Shown here in pieces: positions 1 through 12,500 of a DNA stretch of 64,000 nt. The notes beneath the pieces were generated by a model. That model saw only the letters and a program-made list of their open reading frames with translations. It was not told where the DNA came from and did not search any database. Made by a program: the position numbers and the translations under genes. The stretch lies in NCBI GenBank assembly GCA_026770705.1, contig JANJGN010000385.1:248001-312000 (forward strand), given 5' to 3'. How positions within the stretch are numbered: the stretch's first letter is position 1; every line of letters begins with the position of its first letter. The stretch is from Isurus oxyrinchus (lineage: Eukaryota).

Positions 1-420
1 AGGGAGCGCTGCACTGACGGAGGGATAATACTGTGGGAGTGCAGCACTATCGAGGGGTTAGTACCGAGGGAGTGCTGCAGTGTCAAAGGGTTAGTACTGA
101 GGGAGCACAACAATGTTGAATGAGACATTAAACTGAGTCCCCCGTCTGCCCTCTCGGGCGGGTGTGAAAGATCCCACAGCCACTATTTGGAGGAAGAGCA
201 GGGGGTGTTCTCCCCGGTGTCCTGGGACCAATATTTATCCCTCACCCAACATCACCAAAAACAGGTGATCTAGGCCATGATCACATTGCTATTTGTGGGA
301 TCTTGCTGTGCACAAATCAGCTGCCACATTTCCTACAGTGTGAGTGCACTTCAAAAACATCCTTCAGTGGCTGTGAAATGCTTTGGGATGTGGTGAAAGG
401 CGTTAGAGAAATGCAAGTCT
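1..420 (+). mobile_element. SINE with Deu-domain-like core and L2-type tail, preceded by degenerate 33-bp repeat units
   Basis: Motifs gagggagtgctgcactgtc, aaagatccca, ccaatatttatccctca, atcacattgct..tgtgggatcttgctgtgcacaaat and tail gtgaaaggcg..aaatgcaagtct resemble shark DeuSINEs. Family assigned from memory, not by search. Confidence 0.65.
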
Positions 421-519
421 GTCCTCCTCCCCCTCTCTCTCCTGTACCTCTCTCTCTCTCTCTCCCTCTCCCTCAATCCTCCTCTCACTTTCTCCCTGAT
501 AAATTCTTTCTTTTTGCAG

Positions 520-576
520 GTTGACACTGCTTTAGGTTCTTCGATGATTGAGAAATCTGTGGATTCCCCGGACACG
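520..576 (+). CDS. Possible 57-nt internal exon of an unidentified plus-strand gene (VDTALGSSMIEKSVDSPDT in phase 0)
   Basis: Strong polypyrimidine tract ending tttttgcag, donor ACG|gtaggt, length divisible by 3. No partner exons identified. Confidence 0.35.
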
Positions 577-844
577 GTAGGTGGAAATTCATTCCTTATT
601 TTAAGGTTTCTCCCTGCTCGTTTCTTCCACAGAAAGTTTTCTGATTTCAAGCTGATTTCAGTGGCAGTCTGTCTCGGTTATACTCAGGAGGCATGTTTGA
701 AATCGAACCCCCCCCGCCCCCATTTTTTGCAAAGCTGGGAAGAGACAATTCCAAGGAAGTGAACATATCCCCACAGGAATTTTAAATGTAACCCACGCCG
801 GGAATAGTGAGAGGGAGACTGATCCAGCCTGGGAGTGGGTTAAA

Positions 845-1265
845 GAGAGGCTGGGAGTCGAGAGTCGAAGAGAGGGATGGAATGGGGGAGGGAGGGATTG
901 GAAGAGAGAGACAGAGAGTGGGACGGGGAGGGGTGAAAGGGAAAGAACATAGGTGGGAGAGAGTGACAGAGGGAGAAATTAAAGAGATGCAGAGTGAGGG
1001 AAAGTGAAAAGAGAAGAGAGATTGTCCAAGAGAGAGAAATTAACAGGAAAGGGAGAGTTACAGAGTGAGCGAAAGGTACAAAAATAGTGTGAGAGAGAGG
1101 GAGAGATACAGAGTGGGAGAATGAGACAGGGGAGAGAGAGAGGGGGAGAGACAGGAAAGGGGAGAGAGGAGAGAAAGATTGGGAGAGAGGGCAATTGAGA
1201 GGAAGAGTAGGAGAGAGAGAGACAGGGAGAGGAGGAGTGGATGAGAGGAAGAGAGAGAGAGATAT
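845..1265. repeat. Purine-rich (GA) low-complexity tract
   Basis: Almost entirely A/G with (GA)n runs. The overlapping ORFs are low-complexity artefacts. Confidence 0.9.
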
Positions 1266-1829
1266 GGAGCAGGAGAACACCTCCTCCGGTCCCGATGTTC
1301 CTCCAAAATCTCTGACATTACTGCATCTCCCGGGTCCCCCTGATTCCCATCGCTCCACCATTGGTGGCCGTGCCTTCAGCTGCCTGGGGCCCTGAGCTCC
1401 GGAATACCCTCCCTTAACCTCTCTGCCTCTCTCTCTTTCTCTCTCTCTCTCCTTTAAGACGTTCCTTAAAAACTGACATCTTTGACCAAGCTTTTGGTCA
1501 CCTATCCCTAATATCTCCATATGTGACTCAGTGTTAGACTTCTCTCTGATTTACGCTCCGGTAATGTGGGCTGGGACATTTTGCAATGTCAGAGGCGCTG
1601 TGTAAATGCAAGTTGTGAGTGTTATGTGGAAGGGAGACCCCAGGCGGCAGTCAGTGCCAGAGACTGGAGTCAATGTGTGCAGACCGTATCTAATCTCTCC
1701 GAATGCACAATCGGTTTGACTGTCAGCCAAAGCACTTTTGATATTTGATCCTTCTACCTGTTTATAACCAGGCCTACATCATACACCGAGAGGCTGGTTA
1801 ACCACCAGGCGTAATTGAGAAATTACCGA

Positions 1830-2070
1830 GCTGTCGGAGGGTCAGTATTGAGGGTGTGCTGCACTGTCAGAGGGTCAGTACTGAGGGAGTGCTGCACTGT
1901 CAGAGTGTCAGTACTGAGGGAGTGCTGCACTGTCAGAGGGTCAGTACTGAGGGTGTGCTGCACTGTCAGAGGGTCAGTACTGAGGGTGTGCTGCACTGTT
2001 AGAGGGTCAGTCTTGAAGGAGTGCTGCACTCTTGGAGGGTGAGTTTTGAGGGTGTGCTGCATTGTCAGAG
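1830..2070 (+). repeat. 33-bp minisatellite (gagggagtgctgcactgtcagagggtcagtact)
   Basis: Direct tandem units, giving an 11-aa periodicity (SVLRECCTVRG) in the ORF track. Confidence 0.95.
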
Positions 2071-2229
2071 AGTCATTTGGCCCATCTGCTCCGTGCTGGT
2101 GTTTCTGCTCCACACGAGTCTCCGCCCACCCCTTCTCCATCTCACCCCATCACCATATCCTTCTATTCATTTCTCCCTCGTGTGTTTATCCAGCTTCCCC
2201 TTAAATACATCGACACTATTCACCTCACG

Positions 2230-2255
2230 TGACTGTGTTTGTGTCTGTCTTTATG

Positions 2256-2294
<39 letters not shown>

Positions 2295-2575
2295 CTGTCA
2301 ATATGTGTGTGTCAATGTGAATGAATGAGTGTGTCAGTGTGTCTGTGTGGGTGTGTGTGACTGTGTCAGTGTGTGTCAATGTGAATGATTGAGTGTGTCA
2401 GTGTGTCTGTGTGGGTGTGTGTGACTGTCAGTGTGTGTCAATGTGAATGAGTGAGTGTGTCAGTGTGTCTGTGTGGGTGTGTGTGACTGTGTCAGTGTGT
2501 GTCAATGTGAATGAGTGAGTGTGTCAGTGTGTCTGTGTGGGTGTGGGTGTGTGAGTGTGCAAGTGAATGTGTGAG
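2230..2575. repeat. (GT)n microsatellite and GT-rich tandem repeat of about 60 bp
   Basis: Repeated gtgtgtcagtgtgtctgtgtgggtgtgtgtgactg..tcaatgtgaatga units. Confidence 0.9.
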
Positions 2576-4419
2576 GAATCTTATGACTAAGTCATTTGAA
2601 TGGATGTTACTGGGGTTAATGATAGTTAAAATTCAGAGAGATGTAAAGCGGGCTCCTGATTTTGCTGCTTTATGCTCCCGGGCACAGATTCACCCCGACA
2701 ATGTGTTCATGATTCACCATCATCTTGTCGGGACTTTAATTGTAAAGATTATGATTTGTAAAAAAACATGAATAAACAAATTTTGTCTTCACAAAGTGTC
2801 TGGCTTGGTATTTCAGGCTACTTGTCTCCCCCTCACCCTCCCCCCCCACCATGCCCCCCACACCAGGGAACAATTGTCCCCCCTTCCTCTGAAGTTCTGG
2901 GTAAAGATCAGCTTTGTTCAATGCAAGCTGTTCCGACATCGAGAACGTTGTTACAAATATCACACAAAGGGCACACGCCATGATAGCCCACTTTCAACAG
3001 ATTTTACCAGTTGACCAGGTTGAAAACCTTTTCATAAACCACAACGTAGGTGTTCAATTCTTGCTGCTGTTTGCTTAATGTTCTCATAACTGCTATAACC
3101 TCTCTAGTTCCACTACATAACAACACCAACATAAATAAACAGAAGCAGGAGTAGGCCTTTTGGCCCCCCAAGCCAGCTTGTCCATTCAATTTGAACCTGG
3201 CTCCTGCTGAAAGTTATTTAAGTTGAAGCGATAAAGCCATCAGGTGCAGGGATTAAAATGTAAGCAAAGGAAAAATAATACTTAGACATGAGATTTAAAA
3301 TCAGTTTCTGTGAAGAATCATACTGAGGCCATTGCTCTGGATTCCTTCTTTCCAGAGTGAAGGGTTTAAAACTAGGAGTCACATTCAGCAGCTGCGTTGT
3401 CTTCTCTAGTTGACTATTTGGAGGTTGCCTGTAGATGTGAATCAGCAGGTCAGCAGCTTTGGGGAGTGAGTGAAGGTCCCTTTTATTTACAGGATCTGCC
3501 ACAGGGTGTGCAGGAATATTCCTGCTGAATTCTCCATCCTTGCATTCATGAAGGGTTTGAAACTGGAAGTCATATTCAGCAGCTGCAATGGCCTCTGTAG
3601 CCAACTGTCTGGAGGTTGCCTGTACAGCTGGACTCAGCAGGTCAACAGCTTTGTAGGGCGGGGGGGTGCATGGGTAGTAAAGGTCCCTTTACTTTAAAGG
3701 CTCTGCCAGTGCAACACTTGATGATCCTGGGTCAAAATCATGTATCACCCTCCCCAACAGCACTGTGGATGTGCCCTATGGAGGTTCCTTGGCTTCGACA
3801 AGCAGCCGACCAGCTCTGCTCTCAATTCCTCTTCGCACTTGCTTCCTTCCTCCTCTGGTCTTTACTTTGTTATAGTGTTAGTGTCCGCTCTGCCTTTTTT
3901 GTAGCTTTCCCAATTCTTCCCACCAACTCTCTCTGGCTTGATCCTTCTCTGTGCTCATCTCATTGGTTTGGGTTTCTATCCGTTCATTGACCTGGTATAA
4001 TCTGAAACTGGTGCAATCAGGTAGGGGTGGGGGGGTTGGCGCTGGCCGTGGGTGGTGATACACGGCTACCTTTTTACCAAAATTCTTTCACGGGATGTGG
4101 ACAACGTTTGTTACCTGTTCCAGACTGAGCCCTGGAGAAGGGGGTGCTGAGCTGCCTTTTCGAAGTGCTGCAGTTCGCCTGGTTTGACTGGTCTGTGGCG
4201 GGTTTTGATATAACTCAGTGGCTTGCTCGGCCATTTCAGGGGCCAGTTAAGAGTCAACCACATTGCTGTGGGTCAGGAGTCACACGTAGGCCAGAATGGG
4301 TAAGGACGGCAGGTTTCCTTCCCCAAAGGGCATTAGTGACCCAGATGGGTTTTTGCAACAATTGGCCTTAGTTTCATGGTCACCATTACTGAGACTAGCT
4401 TCGCATTCCAGATGTCACA

Positions 4420-5490
4420 TCCAGTCGTGGACAATCAAACAACTCACTGGAGGAGGAGTCTCCACAAATATCCCCATCCTCAATGATGGAGGAGCCCAGC
4501 ACACCAGTGCAAAAGACAAGACTGAAGCATGCGCAACAATCTTCAGCCAGAAGTGCTGAGTGGGTGATCCATCTCGGCCTCCTCCGGAGGTCCCCAGCAT
4601 CAGAGATGCCAATCTTTAGCCAATTCGATTAATTCCACGTGATATCAAGAAAGGGCTGAAGGCACTGGATATTGTAAATGCTCCAGGCCCTGAAAATATT
4701 CTGGCAATAGTACTGAAGACTTGTGCTCCAGAACTTGCTGCGCCCCTAGCCAAGCTTTTCTGGAATTTTCTAGTACAGCTGCAACACTGGCAACTACCCG
4801 GCTATGGGGTACGTCCTGTACACAAAAAGCAGGACAAATCCAACCCAGCCAATTCCCCAGCAGTCTATTCTTGATCATTACTAAAGTGATGGAAGGGGTC
4901 ATCAACAGCGCTTTCAAGCAGCACCTGCTTAGCAAGAACCTGCTCACTGACGCTCAGTTTGTGTTCCACCAGGATCATTCAGCTCCTGGCCTCATTACAG
5001 CCTTGGTTCAAACATGCACAAAGGAGCTGAACTCCAGAGGTGAGAGTGACTGTCCTTGACATCAAGGCAGCATTTGACTGAGTGTGGCAAATCAAGGAGC
5101 CCGAGCAAAACTGGAGTCAATGGGAATCGGGGGAAAACTCTGTGCTGCTTGCAGTCATACCCAGCACAAAGGACGATGGTTGTGATTATTGGGGGTCAAT
5201 CATCTCAGTTCCAGGACATCACTGCAGGAGTTGCTCAGGGTAGTGTCCTAGGCTCAAACATCTTCAACTGCTTCATCAATGTCCTTCCTTCCATCATAAG
5301 GTCAGAAGTGGGGATGTTTGCTGATGTTTGCACAATGTTCAGCATCATTCACGGCTCCTCAGATACTGAAGCAAGTTATGTCCAAATGCAGCAAGACCTG
5401 GACAACATCCAGGCTTGGGCTGACAGGTGATAAGTAACATTCATGCCACACAAGTGCCAGGCAATGACCAGCTCCAACAAGAGAGAATCT
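4420..5490 (+). mobile_element. Decayed LINE (CR1/L2 group) reverse-transcriptase fragment
   Basis: Broken frames give LLTDAQFVFHQDHSA, ITAGVAQGSVLGS and GMFADV (F/YADD motif region). Confidence 0.85.
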
Positions 5491-5964
5491 CACTGAAGGT
5501 GCAGAAAATTTGGATTTATTTTAAAGAGCCAGCCAGGACCAGCAGCTAGGGTGACAAAGCGTACACAGATAATCACATCCTTACGTGAAAGCTAAAAACC
5601 TGTACAAAGGGTTCAGCTGTAAATTTGCAATGAGGAAATGGGAGACACACACACAAGGACACAGGGTGACTCAATCAAGAAATGGGGAAGGTTATTTCAT
5701 ACCGTCCATTGGCCTTGAACCACATCCAGTCAGCCTCCGGAAACCTTTTGTAGCGAACAAACATAGATTCTTTGCTGTCTCAAAAGGACAATAGCCAGTC
5801 TCTGCCCTGTAATTACTGTACAAGAACACAATTATCAACCCACCGGAGGGTCATTGTGCTGTGGCCTTTGTCTAACTAATACCATTACCTTGTAACTGAG
5901 AGTAAAAAATATATAAACTGTGCTCATTTGAACCTCGGTGGAGAAGCACCTGGACTGCCCAGGA

Positions 5965-6900
5965 ATGGCGGCTAAATGAGCTGCTGACACAAAGATAGGT
6001 TGGAAAGTAAATTGTGAAGAGGATGTAAAGTGGTTAGAAAGTGACATCGATAGGTTAAGTGAGTGGGCAAAGATCTGACAAATGGTGTATAATGTGGGCG
6101 CATGTGAAATTGTTCATTTTGTCACAAAGAACAAGAAGGAAGATTATTATCTAAAAGGTGAGAGATTGCAGAGCTCTGAGATGCAGAGGGATCTGGGTGT
6201 CCTCGTGCATGAATCACAAAAGGCTGGTTTGCAGATACAGCAGGTCATGAGGAAAGCTAATGGGATGTTATAATTTACTGTGGGGGAATTGAATAGAAAA
6301 GTAGGGAGGTTACGTTCAGTTGTACAGGGCACTGGTGAGACCACATCTGGAGTACTCTGTACAGTAAGGTCACCTTACTTAAAGAAAGATGTAAATGCAT
6401 TAGAAGCAGTTCAGAGAAGGTTTACTTGACTAATACCAGGATTGGGCGGGTTGTCTTATGAGGTCAGGTTGGACAGGTTAGGCTTGTATCCACTGGAGTT
6501 TAGAAGAGTAAGAGGCAACTTAATTAAAACCTTTAAGATCCAGGGGAGTCTTGACAGGGTGGATATGGAGAGGATGTTCCCTCTTGTGTGAGAATCTAGA
6601 ACTAGGGGGTCATGGTTTAAAAATAAGGGGTCGCTCATTTAAGATAGAGATGAGGCGAAATGTTTTCTCTCAGAGGGTAGTAAGTCTTTGGAACACTCTG
6701 CCTCAAAAGGCAGTGGAAACAGGGTCTTTGAATATTTTTAAGGCAGAGCTAGATAGATTCTTGATTAACAAGGGGGTGAAAGGTCATTGGGGGTAGACAG
6801 GAATGTGAGGTTGAGGTGACAATCAGATCAGCCATGATCTTACTGAATGGCGGAGCAGGTTCGAGGGGCTGAGTGACCTACTCCTGATCCTAACTCAGAT
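5965..6900 (+). mobile_element. CR1 LINE 3' fragment
   Basis: QRDLGVLVHESQKA..KANGML and FSQRVVSLWNTLPQKAVE..FKAELDRFL are the CR1 ORF2 C-terminus. Confidence 0.9.
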
Positions 6901-8141
6901 ATCTATATGTTCTCAAAGGCAATTGGGGATGGGCAACAAATACTGGCCTAGCCAGTGACACCAACATCCCTGAAATGAATAAGAAAAAAATGTATCAATC
7001 AATTAAATTTATTGATTAATCGAATCGAAATTCCTCCAGCTGCCGTGGTGGGATTTGAACCCGTGCCTTCAAAGTATTCACCTGGGCCTCTGGATCACTG
7101 GCCTAGTGCCATTCCCATTGTGCGACTGTCTGCTATCATCATGGCTCTTTCACATCGATGTGGAAGTCCTGATAACAGAAGCATTGGACGAGGTACAGAA
7201 AGGTGACAAATCAGGAGCTCCATGGCTCAATATGAACGGATAATAAAGATAAATGAACATAAACCTTCCAGTCGCTAATTAGGGAGTCACTGTGGAGCCC
7301 ATGAGTCCCTCGCAGCGCTATTGCAACCGTCTGGATCCCCAGTAGGGGACTCGGGGTGCAGCTGTGTCTTCCTCATCATTTGGAAAAGCCGGAATTGTTC
7401 GGGTGCCCCTTCAAACAGGCCGAAGATGCAGTGGTTGATGTCTCCCACAGGCCCTGGGAGACCTCCCCTGCCAATTTGTTTTGTAGCTTATTCTTCAACT
7501 GCGACATTGGATCAGCTTGAAAAAGGGTGAGGCTGAGGCAATACCACCAGGTAAGCGTCTATCCCCTCACACTTCCCCCCCCCCACCCCCGTAACCGTCA
7601 CAATCCCTCCCATCGTGCTGGAGGAGCATAATGTGCACATTCCCCTCCTTCCAATCAGTCTCCTCCCTTCCTCTCTAATCCTTGATCTTATTGTGTTCAG
7701 GGTTGACATCCCAGTCCTCCTCCCTAGACTGTCTGATGTTGACATCCCAATGCCCCATGTAGACCTGACCTCTCTCCAACTAGAGGCCCATTGTACTGTG
7801 ACTTACAGAGACCACCGGCCCCCCTCTTTTCCACCCCCACCCCTACCCTCTATATTACCTGCTCCCCGCTGACCGGCTGCAGATGCCTCCCCTGACTGGG
7901 ATTGTGCCACCTGCGGCCTAGTATCAAGCCACCCACCCCCAGGACCGACGTGTGTGAGGGACTGACCACGTCCTGCACACCATGCTGGGCACCACCAAAC
8001 CAGGACTGCCAGACTCTCCCCACCACACTGGACTGGGACTAGAATAGGCGTGCCAAGCACAGCTCTCTAAATCGTGGCGCAGACCCACAGCACTCGCAAT
8101 GTTTTGTGGCCCGAATCCTTGCTGAGGAACTGCCCAGCACT

Positions 8142-8238
8142 AAAAGCAAAAAAACTGCAGATGCTGGAAATCCAAAACAGAAACAGAAACAGAAATACCT
8201 GGAAAAACTCAGCAGGTCTGGCAGCATCGGCGGAGAAG
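8142..8238 (-). mobile_element. Penelope-like pseudo-LTR fragment
   Basis: actgcagatgctggaaatcc..ctggaaaaactcagcaggtctggcagcatcggcggagaag is the same family as 27090, 48670 and 55510. Confidence 0.6.
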
Positions 8239-8722
8239 TACTGAGGTAGTGCGGCACTGTCGGATGGTATGAACTGAGGGAGTGCGGCACTGTCGGAGGG
8301 CTTGAACTGAGGAAGTGCTGCACTGTCGGATGGTTTGAACTGAGGGAGTGCTGCACTGTCGGAGGGTCTGAACTGAAGGAGTGCTGCACTGTCGGAGGGT
8401 CTGAACTGAGGGAGTGCTGCACTGTCGGAGGGTCTGAAATGAGGGAGTGCTGCACTGTCAAAGGGTCTGAACTGAGAGAGTGCTGCACTGTCAGAGGGTC
8501 TGAACTGAGAGAGTGCTGCACTGTCAGAGGGTCTGAACTGAGGGAGTGCTGCACTGTCGGAGGTTCTGAACTGAGGGAGTGCTGCACTGTCGGAGGGTTT
8601 GAACCGAGGGAGTGCTGCACAGTCGGAGGGTCTGAACTGAGGGAGTGTTGCACTGTCAGAGGGTTTGAACTGAGGGAGTGCTGCATTGTCGGAGGGTCTG
8701 ATCTGAGGGAGTGCTGCACTGT
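8238..8722 (+). repeat. 33-bp minisatellite array (tctgaact variant)
   Basis: About 14 tandem units of gagggagtgctgcactgtcggagggtctgaact. Confidence 0.95.
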
Positions 8723-9065
8723 CTAAAGAACATTGTACAAATTGCACAAAATTTCATCTGATGCCTGTGTCTCATGCTAACATGAAGTTCATGCACACAA
8801 CAGGAATATTTCTCGCTGTTTCTCTGCAGCAAGACAGCTTTGGTATCACACCACCCACTGGCAAGAGTGTGCAGTTACAATGTGACATGTTTACATTGGA
8901 AATTTCTATTATAAAGATGGACAGAGGAATTCATCTGATTGGAAAACGTGACAACAGGAAGCTATGTCTTTGAGCCAAGTATTTTGCAGCAAAACAAGAA
9001 TTTTAATCTTTAAATATCTACAGAACAGGCTGAGCATTTTAATCACTTGAGTTAATCAATGTAAT

Positions 9066-9071
9066 TTTATT
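9066..9071 (-). terminator. Candidate polyadenylation signal (AATAAA) of gene A/B
   Basis: tttatt on the plus strand about 390 nt past the stop. The same context is conserved at 32116 and 44693. Confidence 0.55.
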
Positions 9072-9454
9072 CATAACCCAAATGCTTCTTACAATCTATC
9101 GCAGCATGAAAAAGGTGCAGCATTCAGAAAGCACATTCCAATCAGAGAACAGAGTTTAGCAACGTCACATTTCTGTTCATTCCTATTCGATGAACAATTT
9201 CAAAAGGAAATTGGACGGAAATTGGAAATAAATTTGCAGGGATACGGGGATAGAGCAGGGGATGGGACTGAGTGGATTGCTTTACAGAGAGACAGCATAG
9301 ACTCAATGGGCCAAATGTCCTCCTCCATTGCTGGAATGACTCGATGATACGGAGATGATTATAACCAGGACACTGACCAGTTTTATTACAACTTAACACA
9401 ACATCACACGTTATTTGTCCGCACTGACTGACCAGATTGTTGCTGTACAAAGCT

Positions 9455-9594
9455 TCAAACAGTCTGTCGACTTCCTTTCACTGTTTGTCTCTCCCAGACA
9501 CAGACTCCAGTGATAGTGATAACCACAGCCACAAGGAATATCATAGCTCGTATTCCCAGGATCAGGATCACGTGCAGAATCTCTCCTCCACTGT
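9455..9594 (-). CDS. Siglec-like TM/cytoplasmic terminal exon TM1: (D)SGGEILHVILILGIRAMIFLVAVVITITGVCVWERQTVKGSRQTV*
   Basis: Acceptor tttctgtgtgttctctag, phase 1, hydrophobic segment containing Arg, stop TGA. Three paralogous copies in the window. Confidence 0.85.
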
Positions 9595-12500
9595 CTAGAG
9601 AACACACAGAAAGAAATCATCACTGACTCTCCGCTTTCAATCTCTCACTCTGGCTGAACAATCAAGCTTCATATCACTGCAACATTTGCTGTAATATTGA
9701 CCCATCCACTGGGATTCAATGTGGAATGAATGTTTTCATTGTAAACACTCTAAGAGTGGACAATCGGAACTTTCTCCTTAGCGTGGAACATTGGTGAGAA
9801 TGGATCATTGTGCTGTTGGACTCTCTGTCCAATGTTTCTCTCCATCGCTGTGTACAGGATTGTGCTGTAGAAAATTCTGGAAATGTTTAGTGCCGGGTGA
9901 AAATCCATCTCAGCCGTGTGTGCGAATCGGGCAGGATCGGGATGGACTCCCCCACGGACATACACCCCCCGCTTAATAAACAGTTCCAATCTTTACCCAG
10001 AGAGAGGGGAGAATATGGAACTCGCTCCCACAGGGAATGGTTGAGGTGAATAGTAGGAAATTAGGAAGTGAAATTGCTTGAAAAGCTTGGAGATGCAAGG
10101 GTTAAGTGTTACCGTGCTACCACTGGTGGGAGAGTGTAACTACAGCGTGATGTTTACATAGGCAATCCCCATTATGAACATGGACATCATGTGAAAAATG
10201 GGCACTGGAAAGCTGAGAACTTGGAGGAGGTGTTGCCATGGAAAATAATGTGTGTGAGATGTAAAGTTTAGACAGCTTGTCTCTTCATTCAGCAACAATC
10301 AAATAAAGATCAGTTAACTTCTATCGACAGTGAAGCACTTTGAGAGGCATGAGAATGTGGACACTGAGAACGGGCTGCACTGTCAGAGGGTCAGCGCTGA
10401 GGGAGTGCTGATGTAGAATGAAGGGTGTCCGTTCTTACCTTGCACAGTTAGTACGAGGGTCCGCTCCGATGAAACAGATGGATATCTCACTCTGCAGCTG
10501 AGAGTGTGTCCGTGGTGTTTGAGTGATGGGATCAGGGTCAGTACAGAAGTATAGGTCAGAGTGACACCATGCTGAGTTACAGTGTTTGAGACTGATCCAG
10601 GTACGTCAGTGGGAGTGTCCCAGGTTAAGACAGGTGCTGCTGTTCCATTGCACGTTGTGTTGAAGGTGCAGCTTACATCCACACGCTTTCCTGCAATAAT
10701 TTCAGCAGGGAATATCGTGGGTTTATCTGTGAAATCTAACAGACAGAGAATGGATCCTTTTAGAGAAATATAACATGAAGCATCAGTTCAAATAGAAATC
10801 ACAGTCCCACAAGAAAAAGCACTTTTACAAGGATGATATCAGATCTGAGAGGTTACAATGATTAGGATAGAATTTCCTGCTTTGAGACTTTGGTGTTTCT
10901 GTCTCTCAGCTTAATACACGTTCACTCCGAGACACTTGAACTGATAATAGTGGGTGAGGGTGGTGGAGCAGACCAGAGTTTGGAGTGCACTACCTCATCA
11001 TTCACTCAGCGATCTGGGCCATTTGTTACTTTGCAATTTGTGGGAGCTTGCTGTGTGCAAATTGGTTGCTGTGTTTCCCACATTACAATAGTAACTACAA
11101 TTCAGGAATCAGCTCATTGGCTGTGAAGTGATTTGGTCCATGCTGAGGTGGTGAAAGGTGCTACAGAAATGTGAATCTTTCTTCTGTCGCTAAGTCAGAC
11201 TTCGAGACAGGATTAGAGAGATCGATAGGAGTGGATAACCTGATAACATTGATGGACACAGTCAATACATTTAATCATTGATATTAAAGTGAGTATTAGA
11301 GGTTGCTTTAGGAGTGAATTGGAAGCGATCACCAGGTTATTGAGAATCAGACAGTGTGTTATAATAAGCTGTGTTTTGTGTTAATACGTAAACGTCACAG
11401 TTTGTGTTATTTCCCATTGAGTGTTGAATGTGAATTGTTGAGTAATTATAACACAGCACTTACCAGAAACATGAAGCTGGGTTACAGGGTAATAGTTATG
11501 TCTCGGACCATTGTCAAATTCTATTCTGAAAAAATAAGGTCCTGCATCTTCCCGTGTGATGTTGTTTATAATCAGGGAACAGTCGCCATCTTTCAGGTCT
11601 CCAGACAGCCGGGTCCGATGGTGGAACCGTGGTAACTCGTGACTGTGATCCTTGGAGTGAAAGGCTACAGACGATGTTCCCCGTTCCTCATTATTAAACC
11701 AGACTCCACCTCGTGGTTGGTTTTCCAGACACGATGGATAACTGTAATGACATGGAATCTGTACACAGGAACCTTCCTGCGCTGTCACCTCTCGTGGAGT
11801 GTCACCTTTCCACTCTTGTGACAGTCCAGCTGGGGAGAGAAATCTCAATATTTATCTCTGAATGGTTTGTGGATCCACTGAACCCGATATTTACAGATAA
11901 GGCTGAATTGGGGGGATGGTCAATACTGAGGAGAATGGCAACAAATTATTTTGGCAGGAAGAATAGAAAAACAGAATATTATTTAAATGGAGAGAGGCTG
12001 CAGAATGCGGTACAGAGGGATCTGGGTGTCCTTGTACATGAATCACAGAAAGTCAGCATTCAGGAACACCACGGAATGAGGAAGGCAAGTGGAATGTTGG
12101 CCTATATTGCAAAGGGATGGAGTATAAAAGGAGGGAGGTCTTGCAACAGCTGCACATGTTGAGATTGTATCAGGAGCAGTGTGTACAGTTCTGTTCTCCT
12201 TACTTAGGGAGGGATAGACTCTGCATTGGAGGCAGTTCAGAGGAGGTTCACTGGGCTGATTCCTGGGATTAAAGGGTTTGTCCTGTGAGGAAATGTTGAG
12301 CACGTTGGGCCTGTATCCATTGGAGTTTAGAAGAATGAGGGGTGAGCTTATTGAAACATATCCGATTCCGAGGGGGCTTGACAGGGTGGATGCTGGGAGG
12401 ATGTTTCCCCCTCGTGGGGGAATCTAGAACCAGGGAGCACAGTTTCGGAATGAGGGCTCCCCCATTTAAGACTGAGATGAGGAGGAATTTCCTCTCTCAG

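Noticed and set aside
1550-1758. Minus-strand frame VEGSNIKSALADSQTDCAFGEIRYGL as a distal ITIM-type cytoplasmic exon
   Set aside because: It has no true ITIM consensus, a weak acceptor and no paralogous copy after the other genes, and the TM exon already contains a stop.
2905-3075. Protein-like plus frame SDIENVVTNITQRAHAMIAHFQQILPVDQVENLF
   Set aside because: There is no convincing acceptor or recognisable family, so it cannot be supported without a search.
9411-9623. ORF-track peptide MMISFCVFSRQWRRDSARD... (also at 32660 and 45731)
   Set aside because: It is the wrong frame of the TM exon and begins in the intron's pyrimidine tract.
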